Positions 16,824 through 23,059 of a DNA stretch of 23,059 bases are shown piece by piece. The translations under genes were made by a program, and so were the position numbers. How positions within the stretch are numbered: position 1 is the stretch's first letter; each line of letters begins with the position of its first letter. A model generated the notes under the pieces. That model did not search any database. It was not told where the DNA came from and saw only the letters and a program-made list of their open reading frames with translations. Source of the DNA: an uncultured virus (IMG/VR IMGVR_UViG_3300038318_000112) (lineage: Duplodnaviria > Heunggongvirae > Uroviricota > Caudoviricetes); the IMG/VR virus record IMGVR_UViG_3300038318_000112, positions 62,001 through 85,059 of that record. One strand, written 5' to 3'.

Positions 16824-17947
16824 CACGCCCACCCCTGACCGACGGTCGTGTGTTTGATGCCGACGCTGTCCATGTACGCGTTCAGTGCCTTGAGTGTTTC
16901 GAGCGGAGCTTCGACGTGCATATCCATATAAGCGTTCTGATGATCAGGTTTTAATGTCTCATGTGGCTTGATCGGGTCCTTCGCGAGTGCCTCGTTGACT
17001 TCGTCCTTCTTGTGCTCCGCGTCGTAGATAAGCTGACTCTTCGCGTGAATCTCTGAGATGATATCCGTGATAGGCGCGTGCCTGTCGATCATGCTCTGCA
17101 CGTCCGCTAACGTGAGCTTCTTCGCCGTCCTCGCGTTGTCGTAATCAATCGTCTGCTGTATCAGGAGCGTGTGTTCCTCGGCTTCCTTCTCTGCTGCATC
17201 CTGCTGTTCCTTGAGGACCGTTGCACGCGCGTATACATCTTCCTTAGTGTCTGTGTCTGATGCTGTAATGTTTGAGTACTGCGGTTTCATCGTGAGTTGT
17301 ATCGCGTACGCTTCTTTGAGTTCGAATTCCGCTATAGCCTGATCGATTAACCCCGCCGCAATCACTGCCTTTGCGTGTTTTCTTTTCTCGTCAAACTTTT
17401 TGGTCTGCGACGTTATCTCGCCTCTCACTTCATCAATCATGCCGGTCCACCTTTTGCAAACCTCATCGAACGGGTTAAGCGCATTCTTGTATACGCTGTG
17501 GACTTCTTTGCGTTTTTCGTCGATTGTTTTTTTCCAAGCGTTGAGATCGGTCGCGGCTTTTTTACAGTCCTGTAAAGTCTCGTCCGTGACGATGATTCTT
17601 TTGTATTTCGTAAGGCTTTCAACAAGTGCATCCTCAATAACATCCGTGTTACTAAACTCTGCTGTTGGTACGTCTGGCAGTGTAATCTCAGGAGCAACAT
17701 CCTGCTGCACATCACCGTGAGTTGCCTGCGCCTTGATGTACTTGATAAGGTCGAGGTCGATACCGATTGACTCCTCAGGTACGTCCTCTGTAGTTACGAC
17801 GCACAGCTTCTCCGCGTTCGTCTTACCCATAGGGGCCATGACCTCATCACCTTCGTGCAGGTCCATGATCGTCCTGTACGTGTACTCTCTTCCGTATGGC
17901 TTGCCTGCTCTCAGGCTCTTGATGCCGACGTATTTAATGTCTCCCAT
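16823..17947 (-). CDS. DUF1351-like coiled-coil protein with an extra N-terminal domain
   Basis: IIVTDETLQDCKKAATDLN...IDEKRKEV...P pattern; next to ERF. Confidence 0.7.
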   Translation of the reverse strand: MGDIKYVGIKSLRAGKPYGREYTYRTIMDLHEGDEVMAPMGKTNAEKLCVVTTEDVPEESIGIDLDLIKYIKAQATHGDVQQDVAPEITLPDVPTAEFSNTDVIEDALVESLTKYKRIIVTDETLQDCKKAATDLNAWKKTIDEKRKEVHSVYKNALNPFDEVCKRWTGMIDEVRGEITSQTKKFDEKRKHAKAVIAAGLIDQAIAEFELKEAYAIQLTMKPQYSNITASDTDTKEDVYARATVLKEQQDAAEKEAEEHTLLIQQTIDYDNARTAKKLTLADVQSMIDRHAPITDIISEIHAKSQLIYDAEHKKDEVNEALAKDPIKPHETLKPDHQNAYMDMHVEAPLETLKALNAYMDSVGIKHTTVGQGWA

Positions 17948-17960
17948 TTTTATATCCTCC

Positions 17961-18812
17961 TTATAGTCCTAAATCTTCCTGCTTGCCTCCCGGAATAGCG
18001 TCCCATGTAGGATTCACAGGCTGCGCGTATTCCGTCCTTGCGTTTTTTGCTTTCTTGTCGTTTCTGTCGAACATCTGCACGATCTCTGTGAACTGCGCGT
18101 CACTCATTTCGAGTACGCTTTTAACTCCGTAATGTGCGCACATCGCCTGCACGTCCTTGCCGTGATTCTCGCACATCTGTATGAGTACACGTGCGTTCAT
18201 CTCGCTGATGAGATCCGGCTGCTGCACGGGATCAGGCTCTTCATGTGGAGGGACCTGAGTGTAGTATTCCTCCGTCGAGATGAAGCGTCCCTGCTGACTC
18301 ATCTCTGCGTCTGTATCCTCTCCTGTGCGAATCTTATAACCCTTTAGTAAAGCGTACTTGTCAGCGTACGTCATGGCCTTGCCCGGGGCCTTGTCCTGTG
18401 GGTCAACGCCGTCACCGTACGTCGTGATGTCGATATACTCCTCCGGCTTGTCGATGTTTACGAATCTGTATGTAGTCTCCAGGCGGATGAACTTGCTGTA
18501 TTTCTTGCCATATTGATTTTCAGTCTCAAGAATCTGAGACTCGAGCGGCTTACGAGCACATGGATACGAATAAACTCTGAACTGGAATTCTATAGGCTTG
18601 ACCGCTGTGAGTACGTCTGACTCATCAACGCCCTTGTATTTGTTTTTCCCATTTCCTACATCGAGGTTCTTCCCTACTGTCTTGATCGCGTTCGTGATAA
18701 GGCTCATCTTCTCGTAGATGTTTAGGCTTGATATATCTTTAGGAATTGTGATATCATGATCTTGCATTTGAGGGGCACTCTGCGGAGTGCCTTTCTTTTT
18801 AGATTCTGCCAT
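17961..18812 (-). CDS. erf: ERF-family single-strand annealing protein
   Basis: NIYEKM, Y.GVDESDVL, GDGVDPQDKAPGKAMTYADKYAL...GEDTD; start after GAAAGGAG. Confidence 0.88.
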   Translation of the reverse strand: MAESKKKGTPQSAPQMQDHDITIPKDISSLNIYEKMSLITNAIKTVGKNLDVGNGKNKYKGVDESDVLTAVKPIEFQFRVYSYPCARKPLESQILETENQYGKKYSKFIRLETTYRFVNIDKPEEYIDITTYGDGVDPQDKAPGKAMTYADKYALLKGYKIRTGEDTDAEMSQQGRFISTEEYYTQVPPHEEPDPVQQPDLISEMNARVLIQMCENHGKDVQAMCAHYGVKSVLEMSDAQFTEIVQMFDRNDKKAKNARTEYAQPVNPTWDAIPGGKQEDLGL

Positions 18813-19224
18813 TGTGTTCTCCTTTCGGCCCACGTCTGAGGGCTCTCATTGTCTGCTTGTAATTAGCAATTCTCGACTGATAGTCAGCGATGATTCTGTT
18901 CACGTCGTCAGCCTCGTCTGTGAGATAGTAGCCGCCGTCTCTGATGATGCAGTAGCCACGCTGTCTTAGTCTCTCTACGACGCGTCGTATGTATCTCTCA
19001 CTCATGCTTGTGCTGTGTGATAAAGAACTAATAGTAAGTGGTGTGTCTCTTGTGCCTCTCGTCTCGATCAGGTACAGCACTTTCTGCGTCAGTGTCTCTT
19101 CTTCCTGTTCTCTCTTCCTGCGTCTCAGTTCGATCCTGCAATTCATGTCGTTCGTCGCGAGGCCTCCGTCTACACGGCAGGTGTCGTTCCAGTACCGGTA
19201 TTTGCTACATTCAAAACAAATCAT
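18799..19224 (-). CDS. Winged-HTH protein with an N-terminal Cys cluster
   Basis: SERYIRRVVERLRQRGYCI...GGYYL; CxxC start. Confidence 0.7.
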   Translation of the reverse strand: MICFECSKYRYWNDTCRVDGGLATNDMNCRIELRRRKREQEEETLTQKVLYLIETRGTRDTPLTISSLSHSTSMSERYIRRVVERLRQRGYCIIRDGGYYLTDEADDVNRIIADYQSRIANYKQTMRALRRGPKGEHNGRI

Positions 19225-19236
19225 TTTTATCCTTTC

Positions 19237-19346
19237 TCCCTCCCGGCTCGTTCACAGGCGCGAACGTTAGACATAACTTGTTCCGGAGGATTCATATGGG
19301 GATGAAAATTCAAGGAAATTCGCGCCCATGAGCCAGCCGGGAAGGA
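19237..19346 (-). ncRNA. Candidate stem-loop sRNA with an anti-SD loop
   Basis: Long interrupted GC stem whose G-U pairs form only on the minus strand; 54-nt loop containing CAUAUGAAUCCUCC. Confidence 0.55.
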
Positions 19347-19353
19347 TGCAATA

Positions 19354-19545
19354 TTATTCACATTTGCATTTGATGTCGAACTGTAAATTGTTTGGCTCTT
19401 CGTAATGTTCCCTAAGCGTATCCACGAAACACCACATATCTTCGAACGTGTTAAACATATATGTTCCAATGTCTCTCAAGGTTTTCGCTAAAGGATCATG
19501 AATGTCTTTGTCCCATACTTGAACTATGTATTTTACTGTTTCCAT
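19354..19545 (-). CDS. Hypothetical protein
   Basis: 63 aa, GAGG RBS. Confidence 0.65.
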   Translation of the reverse strand: METVKYIVQVWDKDIHDPLAKTLRDIGTYMFNTFEDMWCFVDTLREHYEEPNNLQFDIKCKCE

Positions 19546-19640
19546 TTTTCTTCCTCTCTTATGTCATCGGCCAGTTTTGCGAACAGGAACACTGTGGTTG
19601 CAATGAGTATGGCCATTATCAATATGAATATTTTCAGCAT
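19533..19640 (-). CDS. Small single-pass membrane protein, 35 aa
   Basis: Not in the ORF track. MLKIFILIMAILIATTVFLFAKLADDIREEEKWKQ. Confidence 0.6.
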   Translation of the reverse strand: MLKIFILIMAILIATTVFLFAKLADDIREEEKWKQ

Positions 19641-19780
19641 TTCATCATCGCCCCGATTCCTTTACCTATCAGCGGTATCAGCGGAATAATTACGATCCCG
19701 TTGAATACGCCCTCGCGGATCATGAGCGACCCGCACGCGATCCCAAAGCCTATCATCCAGGCATATTCGTACCATTTCAT
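19634..19780 (-). CDS. Small hydrophobic (two-TM-like) protein, 48 aa
   Basis: MKWYEYAWMIGFGIACG...; AGGAG RBS, ATGA overlap. Confidence 0.6.
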   Translation of the reverse strand: MKWYEYAWMIGFGIACGSLMIREGVFNGIVIIPLIPLIGKGIGAMMKC

Positions 19781-19959
19781 TTGTCTTCTCCTTCCATCGG
19801 TACATCGATTTTTGTGTACGATGTTGGATCGCTGCCAGTTTTCAATCTTGGACACATCCCCAATCCTCCGTGCTTTCTGGGCAGCCGTTGAAATTTATCT
19901 GTCCATTGGCAGCTGTCTTTATCGCTGCACATTCCGCACTGGCATCTATATATTTCCAT
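19777..19959 (-). CDS. Small Cys-rich protein
   Basis: CxCxxC...C...CP; AGGAGG RBS. Confidence 0.65.
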   Translation of the reverse strand: MEIYRCQCGMCSDKDSCQWTDKFQRLPRKHGGLGMCPRLKTGSDPTSYTKIDVPMEGEDK

Positions 19960-19960
19960 T

Positions 19961-20362
19961 TCAATCCTCCTTGATTTTTACGTTTGTCCATGTATTGAGA
20001 TCACAACTGCATTCTGATGTGTCTCGGAACAAGTCGATCGCGTCGGTTCCGCACGTGTCGACTATGGTGTATGTCTCTCCAAGAACTTTTATCTTTGTCC
20101 CAATCGGCAGCCATGCGCATGCAGCACATCCATCTGTCAGATATGTTCCGCTTGAGCTTCCATGTCCTGCCGGGCAATTGCAGCACGGGCAATATTCTGT
20201 GATCCTTGCTTCTGCCGTTCGCCAGTTGCCCTTTGCCTTTGGTTGTTCAGTCTTCCAGGTCGGTGCCTTTGCTTCGCAGTCACAACGCTGCGGTTCGACT
20301 GCTGGCATCATAAGCACTGCAGAGATCAAGACAATCACGATTACGAGGTTAAGCCGTCTCAT
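19961..20362 (-). CDS. Exported 3D-domain (MltA-like) protein
   Basis: N-terminal hydrophobic helix; ITEYC...SSG...LPIGTKI...Y.IVDT...IDLF pattern. Confidence 0.75.
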   Translation of the reverse strand: MRRLNLVIVIVLISAVLMMPAVEPQRCDCEAKAPTWKTEQPKAKGNWRTAEARITEYCPCCNCPAGHGSSSGTYLTDGCAACAWLPIGTKIKVLGETYTIVDTCGTDAIDLFRDTSECSCDLNTWTNVKIKED

Positions 20363-20525
20363 TGGGACGTTCCTCTATGTATCGTTCAAGGTCTGCTGGT
20401 CGGATCCGTATCAAACCTCCTATGCGATAGGTTTTGATGCTGCCGCTTTTGATTCTTCGTCGTACCGAACTGATAGAGATTCCAAGCGTATCCGCTGCCT
20501 GCTTTGCTGTGAGTAATTTATCCAT
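20349..20525 (-). CDS. Excisionase-like HTH protein
   Basis: LLTAKQAADTLGIS..SVRR.I..G.I...RIG..IRI...L..YI; GAAAGGCAGGTG RBS. Confidence 0.8.
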   Translation of the reverse strand: MDKLLTAKQAADTLGISISSVRRRIKSGSIKTYRIGGLIRIRPADLERYIEERPNETA

Positions 20526-20550
20526 ATTCTCACCTGCCTTTCTATTCGTC

Positions 20551-20569
20551 AGTGTCTTTTTAAGACACT
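20551..20569. promoter_or_regulatory. Operator palindrome at the end of cro
   Basis: AGTGTCTT-TTT-AAGACACT; same core as 20795-20811. Confidence 0.8.
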
Positions 20570-20772
20570 TGAATGTCAAAAAAAATACTGTCGAGTTCTG
20601 CCGCGGTTAGATTGTATCTCTCCTTGATCAATCTAATTTCCTTCTGCGTGAAATCATAGTTGCCGTTCATTTTGCTGGACAGCGTGCTCCGCGCTATGTG
20701 AAGGGCTTGGGCAAGATTCTCGCCAGTGTCGCCATAAAGTTTCATATTGGCTTCTAATTCGTTTTTGCGCAC
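20560..20772 (-). CDS. cro: Cro-like HTH regulator
   Basis: 70-aa XRE HTH (LAQALHIARSTLSSKMNG..DFTQKEI), divergent from the repressor. Confidence 0.85.
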   Translation of the reverse strand: MRKNELEANMKLYGDTGENLAQALHIARSTLSSKMNGNYDFTQKEIRLIKERYNLTAAELDSIFFDIQVS

Positions 20773-20794
20773 CGTTTTCTCCTTTCTTCATCGT

Positions 20795-20869
20795 GTGTCT
20801 TTTTAAGACACCTTTATACTATAGCATGTTGACTGGGGTGTCAATACTTTTTTCGGATTTTTAAGACAC
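20795..20869. promoter_or_regulatory. Lysis/lysogeny switch: operators and leftward lytic promoter
   Basis: GTGTCTTTTTAAGACAC at 20795-20811 and a degenerate copy at 20853-20869; minus-strand TTGACA (20844-20839)-17 nt-TAGTAT between them. Confidence 0.8.
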
Positions 20870-20884
20870 TTTTTCCTAAATCTA

Positions 20885-20912
20885 TTGAAAATACATCGAA
20901 ATATGGTAATAT
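20885..20912 (+). promoter_or_regulatory. Repressor promoter
   Basis: TTGAAA-16 nt-(TGG)TAATAT upstream of the GAGGAGG RBS. Confidence 0.55.
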
Positions 20913-20937
20913 TAATACACCAAGAGGAGGTGTGCAC

Positions 20938-21303
20938 ATGGGAATGGCATTAAGAATAAAAGGACTTCGTAAAGCAGCTGGGCTGTCACAAGAAGAACTC
21001 GGAGAAAAACTCGGGCTTGGGAAGTCTGCCATTGCAAAGTACGAAAATGGCAGAGTCCAAAACATAAAAAGATCAACCATCGAAAAAATGGCTGAACTGT
21101 TTTCGTGTCGCCCATCTTATCTTATGGGATATGAAGATGATGAATCTACTGATTATTATCTTGATCCAAAAACAGCAGATCTAGCCAATAAGCTGAAAGA
21201 TACTGCAGGTAAACGTGTACTCATGGACTCGGCTCAGGATCTTACTCCGGAGGAAACTCTAGAAGTTATCGACTTCATAAATTCGCTAAAACATAATGAG
21301 TAA
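20938..21303 (+). CDS. CI/ImmR-like repressor (XRE HTH, no S24 peptidase domain)
   Basis: IKGLRKAAGLSQEELGEKLGLGKSAIAKYENG; ATG at 20938 after GGAGG. Confidence 0.9.
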   Translation: MGMALRIKGLRKAAGLSQEELGEKLGLGKSAIAKYENGRVQNIKRSTIEKMAELFSCRPSYLMGYEDDESTDYYLDPKTADLANKLKDTAGKRVLMDSAQDLTPEETLEVIDFINSLKHNE

Positions 21304-21359
21304 AAAATAGGACACACATATTTTTACCTTAATATATAATCATTTCGAGGTGATAGGGA

Positions 21360-21593
21360 ATGTGTGTAAATCAAATTGAGAGGATACGTGTACATCTTGT
21401 ACAATTGCCATTCGACAAGCCAAAAGGACTTACGTTATATGACGGAGTCGATCATTATGATATCTTTATAAATGCCAAGATATCCGGAGAAGAACTTTGC
21501 CATGTATATGACCATGAAATGAGCCATATTGATAATCATGACTTTGATTCGATGTACTCAGCTGACTATTTAGAAAAATTGAGACATGAATAG
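21360..21593 (+). CDS. Short ImmA/IrrE-like metallopeptidase
   Basis: KGLT...IFINAKIS...HEMSHI (HExxH), directly after the repressor. Confidence 0.8.
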   Translation: MCVNQIERIRVHLVQLPFDKPKGLTLYDGVDHYDIFINAKISGEELCHVYDHEMSHIDNHDFDSMYSADYLEKLRHE

Positions 21594-21605
21594 GAGGGCT
21601 TTATT

Positions 21606-22040
21606 ATGAAAGATTTTGAAATCGCATATGAAAAAGAGATCGAAGAATTCGAAGAACGTATAGTATGTCCGGAGGAACCAGATCCGGATAAAGAGATCGC
21701 GAATGTCGAGCAGAGCATAAGAGCGCTTGCAGAATTCAAAACATGGTCAAAAGCAAATGGCGGAGCGAAGTATTTCGCTGACACGTGGGAGCACTGCTTC
21801 AATTCACAGTGCTCAGACTTTAGATTCGAAGACAGGTTAAAAAGCAGACTAAAGCACGCAGAGGTTTTAAAAGAAGCTTCTCATTATATTGTCAAGGCAG
21901 CTGGAGAAGGTGTTCTCCAGAAGGATCTGTCTTTCGAGGGCCTTGAGAAAAACGAGGTCAGCTATCTCATCAAACAGATGGCTGATTCGGGTACCATCAA
22001 GAGAACAAAAGAAGGAAGAACGTACAGACTAAGTCTGTAG
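21606..22040 (+). CDS. Hypothetical lysogeny-module protein with a wHTH-like C-terminus
   Basis: 144 aa, GGAGG RBS, LQKDL...VSYLIKQM...G.IKRTKEGRTY. Confidence 0.7.
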   Translation: MKDFEIAYEKEIEEFEERIVCPEEPDPDKEIANVEQSIRALAEFKTWSKANGGAKYFADTWEHCFNSQCSDFRFEDRLKSRLKHAEVLKEASHYIVKAAGEGVLQKDLSFEGLEKNEVSYLIKQMADSGTIKRTKEGRTYRLSL

Positions 22041-22049
22041 GAGGGTATT

Positions 22050-23059
22050 ATGCCAGGATCAAAAAGAAAAAGAGGAAATGCATGGCAGCTTACTGTCACG
22101 CTTGGTGCTGACTACAAGGGTGAACCGATCCGTTATACTAAAACAGTGCAAGGAACTTCGAGAGAAGCCGATAAAGCGCTGGCTAAATTCTATGCCGAAT
22201 GTGAAGCCGGAAAATATTCAAAGGGATCCCATACTACTATAGAAGATATGTGCAGATCCTATATAGATGGAGGCCCCAGAGGATCATTAAAGGAAAATAC
22301 AATCAGTGGCTATAACCGGATGCTCCGGCTTTATATAGCGCCTACTATCGGCAGGCGGAAAATCAGCAAAATAACATCACGACAGATCCAGCAGTGGATC
22401 GACGATCTGTCTGATGATCTCGCGCCGAAAACGGTCCACAATACTGAGCAGCTTCTTCACGCCGCTTTTGCGCAGTCAGTCAGATTCGGAGAGATATCCA
22501 CTAACCCATGTGACCGTGTAACGCTCCCTAAGAGAGATAAAAAAGAAGCAGAGTATTACGACTCCAAAGAAGTAGTTTCATTTGTGAGCGCCTTAGCCAG
22601 CCTGCCACGTGAGGAGATAGCGTACAAAGTGACTTTCGACCTTGCCCTATATCTCGGGCTCCGTAAGGGCGAGATACTCGGGCTGGACTGGTCCGATCTA
22701 GATATGGATAACGAAACGATAACTGTACGGAAAACACGATATCAGGAAGAAACTGGCGGAGGCATGAGAGAAGACACTCCGAAGAACGACACGTCTAAAA
22801 GAGTTTTGTCTTTTCCTCATGATATCAAGAATGATTTTATTACGCTCAAAGCTTTCTATGCCGAAAGCAAATTACTGCTTGGCACTGAGTGGACAGACAG
22901 TACTGCTCTTATACAGGGACCGTTTGGCGGTCCTATGTATGCAGCCAATCCTCTACGTCATCTGCATCAGCTGCAGGACAGCGCCGGGCTAAAAAGGATA
23001 ACGCTGCATCAACTCCGCCACACGAACGTCAGCATCATGATTAGCATGGGTCTTGATAT
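22050..23059 (+). CDS. int: Tyrosine integrase (3' end truncated by the window)
   Basis: Not in the ORF track. MPGSKRKRGNAWQLTV..., LALYLGLRKGEILGLDW and LHQLRHT catalytic motifs; GGAGG RBS. Confidence 0.95.
   Translation, partial: MPGSKRKRGNAWQLTVTLGADYKGEPIRYTKTVQGTSREADKALAKFYAECEAGKYSKGSHTTIEDMCRSYIDGGPRGSLKENTISGYNRMLRLYIAPTIGRRKISKITSRQIQQWIDDLSDDLAPKTVHNTEQLLHAAFAQSVRFGEISTNPCDRVTLPKRDKKEAEYYDSKEVVSFVSALASLPREEIAYKVTFDLALYLGLRKGEILGLDWSDLDMDNETITVRKTRYQEETGGGMREDTPKNDTSKRVLSFPHDIKNDFITLKAFYAESKLLLGTEWTDSTALIQGPFGGPMYAANPLRHLHQLQDSAGLKRITLHQLRHTNVSIMISMGLD

Larger units (their letters stand above)
1..23059. mobile_element. Temperate phage/prophage segment (SPP1-like head, contractile-tail myovirus type), Firmicutes host
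   Basis: Canonical module order: integrase-repressor-cro-replication-late regulator-terminase-portal-capsid-neck-sheath. GGAGG/AAAGGA RBSs. No host genes or att site visible. Confidence 0.97.

Noticed and set aside
19461..20516. 351-aa plus-strand ORF
   Set aside because: Antisense to several well-supported coupled genes, no SD, no recognisable motif; treated as a shadow ORF.
22050..23059. att site or prophage boundary
   Set aside because: The window ends inside the integrase, so the attachment site is not visible.

Overview
The whole window looks like part of a temperate phage/prophage of a Firmicutes (probably Clostridia-type) host. On the minus strand, reading right to left: cro, an xis-like HTH and small early membrane/secreted genes; recombination and replication genes (ERF annealase, DUF1351, Ref/HNH-like, NinB-like, initiator with internal iterons, DnaC-like loader, SSB); an AT-rich accessory block (PAPS-reductase-family protein, resolvase, octapeptide-repeat protein, radical SAM protein, DUF4406, many small ORFs); a late activator; terminase; an SPP1-type head module; neck genes; and the start of a contractile tail sheath gene. 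The plus strand at the right end carries the lysogeny module (CI-like repressor, short ImmA-like protease, unknown ORF, truncated tyrosine integrase). Three non-coding signals stand out: (i) GC-clamped stem-loops and a terminated small transcript on the phage-sense strand that expose anti-Shine-Dalgarno/anti-start-codon sequences (candidate translation-blocking sRNAs), (ii) a near-identical 19-bp repeat at accessory gene junctions, and (iii) tandem pseudoknot-like units before the scaffold gene. All family assignments come from motif recognition by eye; no searches were run.
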